Source: an uncultured Actinomycetes bacterium
GTDB taxonomy: Bacteria; Actinomycetota; Thermoleophilia; UBA2241
NCBI GenBank assembly: GCA_963709345.1
Contig: CAVPVX010000001.1
Span: forward strand, 96,001 to 160,000
Reading direction: 5' to 3'
Length of the DNA: 64,000 nucleotides
Shown here: piece by piece, positions 44,721 through 54,656 of the stretch
Layout: every line of letters starts with the position of its first letter
Position numbering within the stretch: the stretch's first letter is position 1
Translations under genes and position numbers: made by a program
Notes under the pieces: model-generated
The model's database searches: none
What the model was told of the DNA's origin: nothing
What the model saw: only the letters and a program-made list of their open reading frames with translations

Positions 44721-46466
44721 GTGAGCACACATCGTTCGCGCCGAGACGCGCCATACAGCCTGTATGTCAGCGAGCACGGTCAGGAACTGGACCGCCGGCG
44801 CCAGCGTCGCCGGACGAGCATCCTGCTGACGCTCCTCGCGGTCACCATCGCCGCCGGCGTCTTCGTCGGTGGCGGCTGGGCGCAGCGGGTCTGGGAGCGG
44901 TACGCGAGCCCGGCCACGGCGAGTACGCCGGCCGCCACCACCGCACTCCCGCCGACGGCGGACAACGTCCTGATCATCACCGCGACACGCGCCGTCGCCG
45001 TCGACCCGCCGCCGCCGATCGAGGCCAAGGGCGACGGCGTCAAGGTGAGCAGCTTCCTCGGCGACGAGACACGGCGGCTGTACGGCCTGGGGCCGCCGCC
45101 CAAGCGCCTCGAGCTCATCTGGAAGACGACCATCGGCAGCGGCATGACCTCACCGGTGGGCAAGGGCAAGAACAAGCCGTGGACGGGTACCGGCTGGACG
45201 GGCCAGCCCGTCATCGTCCGCGACAAGGGTACGCTCTATTTGCTCTTGGGCGGGTTCGACCGCAATCTCCACAAGATCGACCTCAAGACGGGTGAGGTCG
45301 TCTGGGAGTACGCCTTCGACGACATCATCAAGAGCACGCCGACGGTCATCGAGGACCCGAAGCCCGAGAACCGGGACGATCGCTACCTCGTCCTCGCCGG
45401 CTCGCGGCGCGGCTGGCCGTCAAGCTACACCGACCCGAGCCTGGCGCCGTACCGGGCGGTGTCGTTCGGCACGGGCGAGGAGGTCTGGCGCCTGCCCGTC
45501 CCGCTCACGGCCAGCTACAGCCGCGACGTCGACGGCAGCGGCTTCCTCTACGACGGCCGCATGTACTCGGGCGTCGAGAGCGGCTGGTTCTACAAGTTCA
45601 ATCCCTTCAAGACCCGGAGCTGGAACGGGCACCGCACCCCGCAGATCATCGCCAGACGGCTCTTGCTCGGCGACCCGGGCGACGCCGGCGCCCACGGCGG
45701 CAACCTCGTGCTCGAAGCGTCGCCCTCGCTGCTGGACGACGTCGTCTACATCAGCTCCAGCTCGGGTCACGTGTACGGCATGCGCCGCAGCGACCTCAAG
45801 GTCGTGTGGGACTACCGCACCGGCTCCGACCTCGACGGCACACCGGTCCCCACGAGCGCCGGCAAGCTGCTGGTGGCGATCGAGAAGCAGTACATCTCGG
45901 GGCACGGCGGCGTGATGATGCTCGACCCGAAGAAGGCGCCCTCCAAGGCGCCGGTCTGGTTCTTCCCCACGGGCGACCGCAAGCTGGCCGACTGGGAGGG
46001 CGGCGTGATCGGGTCGGTGGCCGTCAACGACGCCTACGACCCGTGGGGCCGCCGCCCCCGCCTGGCCGCCTTCAGCGCCATCGACGGCAACCTCTACGTC
46101 GTGTCGCAGAGCCGCACGTCGGGCAGCTCGCCCGGGCCCAACGGCGAGGGCCCGTTCCCCATCCCGAAGCTCGTCGCGAAGTTCCCCATCGGCGGCGCGA
46201 TCTCGACCCCCATCATGGTCGACGACTGCATCGTGGCGGCCGGCTACGACAACAAGGTGCACCTCTACGAGATCCGGTACAAGGAGTCGAAGAAGGGCGC
46301 CGCCGGAGCGCTCAGGAGCCCGGGCGGCGACTGGTTCAAGGTCACCGTCAAGGAAACGGACGCCTTCGCCGGCGGCGGCGCCTTCGAGAGCACGCCGGTG
46401 ATGTGGAAGGGGCGCGTCTTCATCGGCTCGCGCGACGGCTCGCTCTACTGCATCGGGGAGAAGTAG
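44721..46466 (+). CDS. Membrane-anchored PQQ-like beta-propeller protein
   Basis: N-terminal TM; repeated W..(S/T)P blades (TGEVVW, KSTP, ESTP..GRVFIGSRDG.LY); start uncertain. Confidence 0.8.
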   Translation: MSTHRSRRDAPYSLYVSEHGQELDRRRQRRRTSILLTLLAVTIAAGVFVGGGWAQRVWERYASPATASTPAATTALPPTADNVLIITATRAVAVDPPPPIEAKGDGVKVSSFLGDETRRLYGLGPPPKRLELIWKTTIGSGMTSPVGKGKNKPWTGTGWTGQPVIVRDKGTLYLLLGGFDRNLHKIDLKTGEVVWEYAFDDIIKSTPTVIEDPKPENRDDRYLVLAGSRRGWPSSYTDPSLAPYRAVSFGTGEEVWRLPVPLTASYSRDVDGSGFLYDGRMYSGVESGWFYKFNPFKTRSWNGHRTPQIIARRLLLGDPGDAGAHGGNLVLEASPSLLDDVVYISSSSGHVYGMRRSDLKVVWDYRTGSDLDGTPVPTSAGKLLVAIEKQYISGHGGVMMLDPKKAPSKAPVWFFPTGDRKLADWEGGVIGSVAVNDAYDPWGRRPRLAAFSAIDGNLYVVSQSRTSGSSPGPNGEGPFPIPKLVAKFPIGGAISTPIMVDDCIVAAGYDNKVHLYEIRYKESKKGAAGALRSPGGDWFKVTVKETDAFAGGGAFESTPVMWKGRVFIGSRDGSLYCIGEK

Positions 46467-46664
46467 CCGGCAGCCCCGCGGGCCGCTGCGGTGATTCGCG
46501 GGTAGTCCGGTCGTCCGCGCTCCACGGTCGACCGTTCCCGTCGGGGCGGATCGTCGCGGGTCGCGATTCAGGTTCCTCCCGGGCGGGGATGTCATTGGCG
46601 TCGTTGAACGTCGCGTTTCGAAGCGACGCCGGAGAACGACGCATCCGTCAAGGAGGTTCCCGTC

Positions 46665-47108
46665 ATGGCCGACGCACCACGCCGCGCAGACGCCGTCTGG
46701 ACCGGCTCGCTTGCCCAAGGGTCTGGACAAGTATCCTTCACGACGAGCGGGGCCGCCGGGCCGCTGCCCGTCACCTGGTCCTCACGGACCGAACGCGCGA
46801 ACGGCAAGACGAGCCCCGAGGAGCTCGTCGCCGCTGCCCACGCCAGCTGCTACTGCATGGCGCTCTCGCACATCCTCGGCGAAGCGGGCACGCCGCCCGA
46901 GAGGCTCGAGACCAGCGTCACGGTGACGTTCAAGGAGATCGAGGGTGGCTGGAAGACCGGCTCCTCGCACATCACGGTGAAGGGCACGGTGCCCGGCATC
47001 GACGAAGCGGGCTTCAAGGCGGCCGCCGAGGCGGCCAAAGACGGCTGCCCCATCAGCGGCGCGCTCAAGGGCAACGTGGAGCTGAGTGTGGAGGCGAGCC
47101 TGGCTTGA
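46665..47108 (+). CDS. osmC: OsmC-family peroxiredoxin
   Basis: AVWTGSL..GSG, TSPEELVAAAHASCY, AKDGCPIS; RBS AAGGAGG. Confidence 0.93.
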   Translation: MADAPRRADAVWTGSLAQGSGQVSFTTSGAAGPLPVTWSSRTERANGKTSPEELVAAAHASCYCMALSHILGEAGTPPERLETSVTVTFKEIEGGWKTGSSHITVKGTVPGIDEAGFKAAAEAAKDGCPISGALKGNVELSVEASLA

Positions 47109-47156
47109 GCCGGCGGCGGACGACGCGCGGGGTGCTCCATGACCGAGAGCCCGGGC

Positions 47157-47903
47157 CTACGCGTTCACGATCACCGGCAGCTTGCCCTGCCAGGCGGCCC
47201 ATGCCTCGGCGTCCGCCGCCAGCTCGCACATGAAGTGCGCGACGTTGGCCATGTTCGTCTCGCCGGGGCGGAACAGGCCGTCCACGAGGCCCTCGTGCAG
47301 CGTGTAGTCGGTGACGTCGCCGTCCTTCAGCGTGTCGGGACGGACGACCACCCAGCGCACGTACTGATGGGCGGTCCCGACGTCGCTCTGGAGGAAGTCC
47401 GCGGCGCGCTGGTTGTCCCTCGCAGGAGGGACCAGGCCGCGCAGCATCCATAGGGCCGCCTTCTCGAACCACCCGCGACGTGTGTCCATGCCGCCGGGGC
47501 GATTGACGGAGACGCTGCTCATCAGGATGAGCCTCACGGGCTGCGCAGGCCGCACCGTCTCGATCACCCCGCACACCCTCTCGATGGCGCGGGTGACGAG
47601 GTCGCGCGGTGGCCCGAGGATCCCACGCGCGCTGATGGTGTGGCCCAGGCAGGAGATCACGACGTCGCAGCCGTCCACCTGCGCTTTGACCTGTTCGGCG
47701 CTCAGGGAGAGCAGGTCCGCCTCGACGACCGTCAACAGCGGGTCATCTGCGACGCCGGCCGGGAGCCGCGCGGCCGACCGGACCAGGGCGCGCACGTGGA
47801 CGCCGCGGCCCAGAAGCTGCTGCAGAGCGCGGCCGCCGGTGCGCCCGGTGCCGCCGAGGAGCAGTACCGTCGGCTCGGCGTGAGTTGCAGAAAGGTCCAT
47901 CAC
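47157..47903 (-). CDS. NAD(P)H-binding oxidoreductase (flavin reductase/BLVRB-like)
   Basis: LLGGTGRTG, VISCLG, WVVVRP. Confidence 0.85.
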   Translation of the reverse strand: MMDLSATHAEPTVLLLGGTGRTGGRALQQLLGRGVHVRALVRSAARLPAGVADDPLLTVVEADLLSLSAEQVKAQVDGCDVVISCLGHTISARGILGPPRDLVTRAIERVCGVIETVRPAQPVRLILMSSVSVNRPGGMDTRRGWFEKAALWMLRGLVPPARDNQRAADFLQSDVGTAHQYVRWVVVRPDTLKDGDVTDYTLHEGLVDGLFRPGETNMANVAHFMCELAADAEAWAAWQGKLPVIVNA

Positions 47904-48121
47904 TTCTCCTTCGGATACTGGAACACGTCGTCGAGCGGGACACCGAACGCCCGCGCGATCTGAAAGGCCATTTCGAGTGAGGGCGAGTAACGGCCCTGTT
48001 CGATGGCGATCACCGTCTGCCGCGTGACGCCCACCTTGTCGGCGAGCTCGGCCTGCGTCATCTCGCCGGCGGCGAAGCGGAGCGCCCGGATGCGATTGGT
48101 CACCCTGGTCGGCTTGCCCAT
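47900..48121 (-). CDS. XRE-family HTH transcriptional regulator
   Basis: NRIRALR..MTQAELADKVGVTRQTVIAIEQGRYSPSL. Confidence 0.93.
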   Translation of the reverse strand: MGKPTRVTNRIRALRFAAGEMTQAELADKVGVTRQTVIAIEQGRYSPSLEMAFQIARAFGVPLDDVFQYPKEK

Positions 48122-48123
48122 CG

Positions 48124-48576
48124 TCAGAAGCCCCTGTGGTAGGAGACGATCTTGACGACAGATCCGACCAGCGTGCCGACGACGAACGAGAGGTAGAGCG
48201 CGCTGGCTATCCAGAAGTACTCGTACTCCAGCATCGTGAGGGCGAGCACGCCGACCATGCCGACGGAGGAGACGGAGAAGCCGATCAGATCGCCGTGGCG
48301 GCTGATCTGCTTGTCCCGCTCGTCCTTGCGGTCGATCTCGCCGGAGGCGGACCTGCCGCGCAGCTCGGCCGAGATGCCGCTGCCGATCCCCGTGAGGACC
48401 GATCCGACGATCGTCAGCACGATGGACGCCCCGATGGCGATGAGGAGCGGCCACTGGTAAGAGATGTCGGCTGCCGACGTGTCACTAAGCCGGCCCAGCA
48501 TGATCGCGAAGTACACCACGGGGACGATCACCGTGACCACCGCGTTGACCCACGAGATCTTCTCTTCGAACGGCAT
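48124..48576 (-). CDS. DUF2178-like membrane protein
   Basis: Four TM segments with DERD motif; usual partner of this XRE type. Confidence 0.8.
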   Translation of the reverse strand: MPFEEKISWVNAVVTVIVPVVYFAIMLGRLSDTSAADISYQWPLLIAIGASIVLTIVGSVLTGIGSGISAELRGRSASGEIDRKDERDKQISRHGDLIGFSVSSVGMVGVLALTMLEYEYFWIASALYLSFVVGTLVGSVVKIVSYHRGF

Positions 48577-48626
48577 GACGATCGCCTCCTTGCAGCGAGC
48601 CGCCGCACACTGCGAGCTGCTCATGA

Positions 48627-48691
48627 TGTCAGGAATGTTTGACATCTCGTACTGTAAAGGACAGCAGACATGCTGTCAAGCTTTCTTTACT
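48627..48691 (-). promoter_or_regulatory. Sigma70 promoter overlaid by three 18-bp operator repeats
   Basis: TTGACA-N17-TACAGT (48679 to 48651); TGTCAGGAATGTTTGACA, TGTAAAGGACAGCAGACA, TGTCAAGCTTTCTTTACT. Confidence 0.8.
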
Positions 48692-48784
48692 TCTTGCGGT
48701 ACGGCCCGGGCCGCGAAAGCATGGGGCGGAGGGTGGAGACGCGGCCGGCGGGCGAAGCCGGCCCGGCCTCAGCGCGCCGGCGCG

Positions 48785-49507
48785 TCAGAGGCCGAGCGCC
48801 GCCGGCAGCTCGGCCAGCGAGGCGATGCGCGGTACGGGCGCGCCGGCGGCGCGCCCCGCACGGTCGAGCAGGATGGCGCCGCAGCCGCAGGCCGCTGCGC
48901 CCTTGACGTCGTCCTCGACGCTGTCCCCGACCATGACCACAGCGCCGGGCGCGACGCGGAGCAGCCCGAGCAGCGCGGAGAACATGCGTGGCGCGGGCTT
49001 CACGGCGCCGGTCTCGGCGCTGGACACGGCGGCGTCAATGTACTCATCGAGAGCGAAATGCGCCACGGCCTCCTCGAGGCTGTGGCCGAGCGCGTTGGAC
49101 AGCAGCGCCATGCGCACACCGGCTGCGCGGAGCGCGTCCAGACAGGGCAGCACGTCGTCGTACAGGCCGAAGTTCTCCGCCCGCGACCAGGCATCGACGA
49201 TCGCGGCGGCGGTCCGATCGACGGCATCCGCCGACCCGCCTCCGAGACCCTCGATGATCGCGTGCGCGATGACCGGCAGCAGGTCGTCGTCGTGGACCAG
49301 CCCTGTGCACTCGCGCCGCGCGGCCGCAGCCTTGTACGCGGCGCGCTCCGCCTGCGGCCAGCGCAACGCGTCGAGCGCGAGCCCGAACCGGGCGCCGGTG
49401 CGCACGTAGCCCGGCGCCTCGAACTGATCGCTCGGGCGCAGCAGCGTGTAGTCGAGGTCGAAGATCACGACTTCGGGGGTCGGCAGAGGCAGCGTCGAGT
49501 CGTTCAC
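48785..49507 (-). CDS. HAD-superfamily hydrolase
   Basis: IFDLDYTL, LLSN, KP, MVGDSVEDDVKGA. Confidence 0.9.
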   Translation of the reverse strand: MNDSTLPLPTPEVVIFDLDYTLLRPSDQFEAPGYVRTGARFGLALDALRWPQAERAAYKAAAARRECTGLVHDDDLLPVIAHAIIEGLGGGSADAVDRTAAAIVDAWSRAENFGLYDDVLPCLDALRAAGVRMALLSNALGHSLEEAVAHFALDEYIDAAVSSAETGAVKPAPRMFSALLGLLRVAPGAVVMVGDSVEDDVKGAAACGCGAILLDRAGRAAGAPVPRIASLAELPAALGL

Positions 49508-49551
49508 AGGAGTCCCTCGGTCGGGGGTCGCCAAGCACACGCCCGTCCATT

Positions 49552-49865
49552 CTACGCCGCCGGCGCCGGGAGACGCCGCCGGCACGGGGTGGTCCTTGAA
49601 GAGCCTGACGGCGGCCGGCACGATGACGAGGCCCATCGTGAACGAGCCGATGAGCGCCGCCTGCTCGATGCCCGGATCCAGCCGGCTCGTCTCGAGAAGG
49701 GAGCCGAGGAGCGCGCAGTGCAGGTAGCCGTGGGATCGCCGTGGCGGCGAGCTGGAAGAAGAGCACGATGCCGAGCATCGCGAGGTCGCCGCGCGTCGAC
49801 GCCTTCAGCGCGTTCGAGAAGGATCGCTGCCGTCCAGGCTCCGCACCCGTCGTCCGGGCAGTCAC
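49552..49865 (-). pseudogene. Frameshifted small membrane protein (or assembly error)
   Basis: RBS plus GTG at 49865; hydrophobic GC3-rich reading switches frame at the C-run near 49733. Confidence 0.4.
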
Positions 49866-49989
49866 GGCGGTCTCCCTCTCCGGACCCTTCAGTCCGGGGC
49901 GCGCGGCAGACACCCACAGGAACCCCTCATCGGATGGCCGCTTCCTCGCCTCGGCCCACACCACCGGAGGGCTGAGCGGCGTGATCCGC

Positions 49990-51036
49990 TCAAGCGGGGC
50001 GCGGCACCGTCGCCGGCGGGCGCAGCAGCTCACCGGCCCGGTAGGACGAGCGCACGAACGGCGCCGCCACGACGGTGAGGCCGAGAGCGGCGCCGCGGCG
50101 CTCGTGGTCGTGGAACTCCGCGGGCGCGACATAGCGCGCGACCGGCAGGCAGCCGGCGTGTGGCTGCAGGTATTGGCCGATGGTGACCGCGTCGACGCCG
50201 GCGGCGGCCGCGTCGGCAAGGACCGCCGCCACTTCGTCCGTGGTCTCACCGAGGCCGAGCATCAGGCCGGTCTTGACGAGCGGCCGGGGCCGTGCCCACA
50301 CGGAAACGCGCGCCAGCAGCTCGAGCGAGCGCTCGTACTTCGCCTGTGGCCGTGCAGCCGGGTAGAGACGAGGGACCGTCTCGAGATTGTGGTCGAGCAC
50401 ATCGGGGTGGGCGGCGAGTACGGCGCGGAGCGCCGCTGGGTCGCCGCCCAGATCGGGGATCAGCACCTCGACGGTCGCGTGCGGCAGCTCGTCACGCACG
50501 GCCGCGACGGTCCGCGCGAAGTGCGCGGCGCCCCCGTCGGGCAGATCATCGCGCGTCACGCTCGTGATCACGACGTGGCGCAGACCGAGCCTGAGCGCCG
50601 CCTCTGCCACGCGCCGCGGTTCGTCCGTGTCGACGGCGCGTACCGCGGAGGCGGATCCCGCATCCGAGCCGGCGGCCAGGCGGCCGCGGTCACCGGCCGC
50701 CATGGGCCGCTTCTCGGCGCCGGCGAGCCCAGCTCCCTCGACGGCACAGAACCTGCAGCCGCGCGTGCAGACGTCGCCCAGGACGAGAAAGGTCGCCGTC
50801 CCCGACGAGAAGCACTCCGCCTTGTTGGGGCAACGGGCCTCGTCGCAGACGGTGTGGAGCTCGAGCTCGTCGAGGAGCGCGCCGGTGGTCCGGTACTGCC
50901 CCGGCCGTATGGGCGCCTGCCTGAGCCACGCCGGCTTTCGGCCGGGGGCGGGGCCGGCGTCAGAGCCGGAGCCCGCCTCAGAGCCGGGGCCGGTCGCTCG
51001 GCCCTGCCGGCCCCCCGGATGCGGATCGCCCGCCAT
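49990..51036 (-). CDS. lipA: Lipoyl synthase
   Basis: VCDEARCPNKAEC, CTRGCRFC, IGQYLQP, VRSSY. Confidence 0.96.
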   Translation of the reverse strand: MAGDPHPGGRQGRATGPGSEAGSGSDAGPAPGRKPAWLRQAPIRPGQYRTTGALLDELELHTVCDEARCPNKAECFSSGTATFLVLGDVCTRGCRFCAVEGAGLAGAEKRPMAAGDRGRLAAGSDAGSASAVRAVDTDEPRRVAEAALRLGLRHVVITSVTRDDLPDGGAAHFARTVAAVRDELPHATVEVLIPDLGGDPAALRAVLAAHPDVLDHNLETVPRLYPAARPQAKYERSLELLARVSVWARPRPLVKTGLMLGLGETTDEVAAVLADAAAAGVDAVTIGQYLQPHAGCLPVARYVAPAEFHDHERRGAALGLTVVAAPFVRSSYRAGELLRPPATVPRPA

Positions 51037-51041
51037 GACCT

Positions 51042-52448
51042 TCAGAGGCTGTGCACGCCGCGCCCCACACCGCCGAGCGCCGCCTCGGAGATCGCCTCGG
51101 AGAGCGTCGGGTGGGCATGGATGGTGGCCGCGACGTCGGCCAGCGTGAGTCCGGAGTGGACCGCAAGGGCGAGCTCGTGCACGAGCTCGCTGACGTGCGG
51201 TCCGATCAGGCTGGCGCCGAGAACGCGGCCGCCACCGGGCTCGCAGACGACGCGCACGAAGCCGTCGGCGTCGCCGTCGCAGACCGCCTTGGAGTTGCTG
51301 TTGAAGCGCACCTGCGCCACGTCGTGCGCCACGCCCTCGGCCTTCGCCTTGTCCTCGGTGAGACCGCAGCTGGCGACCTCCGGGTAGCTGAAGACGCAGC
51401 TCGGGACCAGCGTGCGGTCGCAGTGCAGGTTCGACCCGGTCACCGCGTTCTCGGCGGCGACGGCGCCCTGATGGTACGCCCAGTGCGCGAGGAGCGGCGG
51501 GCCGGCGACGTCTCCCGCCGCGAACACCCCGGCCAGCGTCGTGCGGCAGCTCTCGTCCGTGACGACGAAGCCGCCCGGGGCGATCTCCACGCCGGCCTCC
51601 GCGTAGCCGAGGCCGGCGCTCACGGGGCGACGGCCGACCGCCACGAGCACGCGCTCGGCCGTGACCTCGGCGCCGCCGGCGAGACGCAGCGTCACGCCGG
51701 CGTCGCCGGCCACCGCGGCCTCGACCGCGGTCTTCACGTGCGCGGCGATGCCGGCCTTCTTGAACGCCTGCTGCAGCGTGCGCCCGATGCGCTTGTCCTC
51801 GCCGGGCAGGAGCTGGTCGAGCATCTCGACCACGGTGACCTCGGCGCCCAGTCGGGTGAAGACGCTGGCGAACTCGCAGCCGATCACGCCGCCGCCGACG
51901 ATCGCGAGGCTCCGGGGCACGGCGTCGATGGCGAGCAGTTCGTCGCTGGTCATGATCCGCGGGTCGGTCCAGTCGAAGAGGCCCATGCGCACCGGCTCCG
52001 ACCCACTGGCGAGGATGACGGCGTCACCCTCGAGCTCGCCGCCGTCGGCCGACGCCGTACCGTCGGCGAGCGTCGCGCCGGGGGCAAGGGCCAGACGGCC
52101 GGGGCCGGCGAGCGTAGCCCGCCCGGCCACGACCTGCACCTTGCGCGCCTTCATCAGGTGGGCGACGCCGTCGCGGAGCTGCACGGTGACGGCCTCTTTA
52201 CGCGCCATGAAGGCGGAGAAGTCAAGACCGACGTCACCGATCATGACCCCATACTCCGCGGAGCGCCGCGCCTCGTGGAGGCGCGCGGCGCCGGCGACCA
52301 TCGCCTTCGTCGGGATGCAGCCGCGATTCAGGCACGTGCCACCGATGTCACGCGCTTCGACAAGGGTCACCTCTGCGCCGAGCTGTGCGGCGCGGCCGGC
52401 GGCCACGTAGCCCGCAGGGCCACCTCCGAGCACCAGGATCCGAGTCAT
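51042..52448 (-). CDS. lpdA: Dihydrolipoyl dehydrogenase
   Basis: GGGPAGY, GGTCLNRGCIPTK, HAHPTLSE. Confidence 0.96.
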   Translation of the reverse strand: MTRILVLGGGPAGYVAAGRAAQLGAEVTLVEARDIGGTCLNRGCIPTKAMVAGAARLHEARRSAEYGVMIGDVGLDFSAFMARKEAVTVQLRDGVAHLMKARKVQVVAGRATLAGPGRLALAPGATLADGTASADGGELEGDAVILASGSEPVRMGLFDWTDPRIMTSDELLAIDAVPRSLAIVGGGVIGCEFASVFTRLGAEVTVVEMLDQLLPGEDKRIGRTLQQAFKKAGIAAHVKTAVEAAVAGDAGVTLRLAGGAEVTAERVLVAVGRRPVSAGLGYAEAGVEIAPGGFVVTDESCRTTLAGVFAAGDVAGPPLLAHWAYHQGAVAAENAVTGSNLHCDRTLVPSCVFSYPEVASCGLTEDKAKAEGVAHDVAQVRFNSNSKAVCDGDADGFVRVVCEPGGGRVLGASLIGPHVSELVHELALAVHSGLTLADVAATIHAHPTLSEAISEAALGGVGRGVHSL

Positions 52449-52458
52449 CCGAGCCTCC

Positions 52459-53130
52459 TCATCCGGCCGTCGCCCGTCGCAGGACGGCCTCGAGATGCAG
52501 CAGCGTCGCGTTCCATATCGTCTCCGGCGCCAGCGCGATGCCCGCCGCGGCCAGACCTTCTCCCTGCCACGGCTCCCCGATGAGCGTCTCCACGACATCG
52601 GTGAGCTCGCGTGGCGGCCGCTGCATGAGTACGGATCCGTGCACCAGCGTCCGGCCTTCCTTCTTCGCCTGCGCCATCGCGACGATCTTCTCGCCGCGCG
52701 CGCACAGGTCGTAGCGCAGCGCGCCGGCGAAGCAGAGCGCGCTGCGCTGGTACGGCGTCTCGCCGCGACCGTCGAGCTTGACGCCGAGCTCCTCGAGCGC
52801 GGCGGCGAAGGCGACAGCGACAATCCCGTACGGGCCGCCCACGTCGACCGAGGCCCGCGGCCCGCCGCCGGGCACTCCCGCAGGGAAGGCGACGGCGAAG
52901 GACCATTCGTACGTCTCTCCGTGGAGCACCGCCCGGCCGCCGCTGGGCCGGCGCACGACGTCGAACGGCAGCCCCGGCGCCGACTCGAACTCCTGGAACT
53001 TGCCGAGCGAAAGCGCCGGCGGCGCCCACATGTAGCGCCGCGCGATCACGCCTTCGGCGGTCTCCAGAAGGCCGGTGTCGAGCGCCATCTGTGCGCCGGC
53101 GGCGGCACGGAGCTCGGGGAGGATCCGCAC
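52459..53130 (-). CDS. Lipoate-protein ligase / octanoyltransferase (LipM-like)
   Basis: QMALD, SLGKFQ, VRRPSGGRAVLH, CF, EKIVAMAQ, HGS. Confidence 0.85.
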   Translation of the reverse strand: MRILPELRAAAGAQMALDTGLLETAEGVIARRYMWAPPALSLGKFQEFESAPGLPFDVVRRPSGGRAVLHGETYEWSFAVAFPAGVPGGGPRASVDVGGPYGIVAVAFAAALEELGVKLDGRGETPYQRSALCFAGALRYDLCARGEKIVAMAQAKKEGRTLVHGSVLMQRPPRELTDVVETLIGEPWQGEGLAAAGIALAPETIWNATLLHLEAVLRRATAG

Positions 53131-53135
53131 GATGC

Positions 53136-54656
53136 TCAGGAGCCGTCCTCCGCGTCGTCGGGGAACCGCTGCGTGACCACCGGGCGGCGAGCGGCTTGCG
53201 CCTCGTCGAGCCGCCGCACCGGCAACGTGAGCGGCGCCTCGTGCAGCAGCTCCGGCTGGTCCTTCGCCTCCCGCACCACCGTACGGAAGGCGTCGATCAT
53301 GCGGTCCAGCGCGTCTCTCGACTCCGTCTCCGTCGGCTCGACCATGAGCGCTTCGTCGACGATCAGCGGGAAGTACGTCGTCGGCGGGTGCACGCCGTAG
53401 TCGAGCAGGCGCTTGGCCACGTCGAGAGCGCGCACACCGTGCTCCTTGAGCGGCGTCGCCGAAGCGACGAACTCGTGCATGCAGCGGCGCTCGCCGTAGG
53501 GGAGATCGAGCAGGTCGCGCAGGCCCTCCATCACGTAGTTCGCGTTCAGCACCGCCATCTCGCTGACATCGCGGAGTCCCTCCGCGCCGAGGCTGCGGAT
53601 GTACGTCCAGGCGCGCACGAGCACCCCGAAGTTGCCGCTGAAGGTGCGCATCCTGCCGATCGACCGGGGACGGTCGTCGTCCAGGAAGAACCGGCCGTCC
53701 TCGGTCTTTGCGACCAGCGGCACGGGCAGGAACGGCGCCAGAGTGTCACGGACCACGATGGGCCCGGCGCCTGGACCGCCCCCGCCGTGCGGCGTGCTGA
53801 AGGTCTTGTGCGTGTTGAAGTGGACGATGTCGAAGCCCATGTCGCCGGGGCGGCTGATGCCGAGCACGGCGTTGGCGTTGGCGCCGTCGTAGTAGAGCAG
53901 TCCGCCGGCGTCGTGGACGAGCCGCGCGATCTCGGTGATGTTCTCGTCGAACAGCCCGAGGGTGTTCGGGTTGGTGAGCATGAGGCCGGCGATGTCGCCG
54001 CCCGCGAGGATCTCCCGCAGAGCGTCCATGTCGACGCCGCCGCGAGCGTCGCTGCGCACGGCGACGGGCTCGAACCCCGCCATGATGACGCTGGCCGGGT
54101 TGGTGCCGTGCGCGGTGTCGGGGATGACCACGCGCTTCGGGTCGTGGCCCTCGTCAAGATGAGCCGCGCGGATCACCAGCAGCCCGGTGAGCTCCCCATG
54201 CGCCCCGGCCGCCGGCTGCAGCGTCGTGGCGTGGAGGCCGGCGATCTCGGCCAGCCAGCGCTCGAGGTCGTACATGAGCTCGAGCGCCCCCTGGACGAGC
54301 GCCTCCGGCTGGTACGGGTGGAGTCCCGCGAAGCCGTCGAGGCGGGCGGCCGCCTCGTTGACGCGCGGGTTGTACTTCATCGTGCATGAGCCCAGCGGGT
54401 AGCTGCCGCTGTCGACGCCGAAGTTGAGCGTGGAGAGGCCGGTGAAGTGACGCAGCAGGTCGATTTCGCTGATCTCGGGCAGGCGGGCCGGCGCCGAGCG
54501 GCGCTGCGCCTCCGGAACGAGCTCGTCGAGCGAAAGCTCGGGCACGCCGAGTTCCGGCAGCGTGTACGCTCGGCGTCCCGGTCGCGACTTCTCGTACACG
54601 GTCTGGCGGTCGACGGCCGGCGGACGGCAGATGGGAGCGTCGTCGCGGCCGGTCAT
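53136..54656 (-). CDS. gcvPB: Glycine dehydrogenase (decarboxylating) subunit 2
   Basis: YPLGSCTMKYNP, QPAAGAHGE, AHGTNPAS, HKTFSTPHGGGGPG. Confidence 0.96.
   Translation of the reverse strand: MTGRDDAPICRPPAVDRQTVYEKSRPGRRAYTLPELGVPELSLDELVPEAQRRSAPARLPEISEIDLLRHFTGLSTLNFGVDSGSYPLGSCTMKYNPRVNEAAARLDGFAGLHPYQPEALVQGALELMYDLERWLAEIAGLHATTLQPAAGAHGELTGLLVIRAAHLDEGHDPKRVVIPDTAHGTNPASVIMAGFEPVAVRSDARGGVDMDALREILAGGDIAGLMLTNPNTLGLFDENITEIARLVHDAGGLLYYDGANANAVLGISRPGDMGFDIVHFNTHKTFSTPHGGGGPGAGPIVVRDTLAPFLPVPLVAKTEDGRFFLDDDRPRSIGRMRTFSGNFGVLVRAWTYIRSLGAEGLRDVSEMAVLNANYVMEGLRDLLDLPYGERRCMHEFVASATPLKEHGVRALDVAKRLLDYGVHPPTTYFPLIVDEALMVEPTETESRDALDRMIDAFRTVVREAKDQPELLHEAPLTLPVRRLDEAQAARRPVVTQRFPDDAEDGS

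Noticed and set aside
48785-49865. Membrane domain-HAD fusion after correcting one indel
   Set aside because: The HAD has its own RBS and GTG at 49507 and the joining segment looks non-conserved; cannot be supported without reads.
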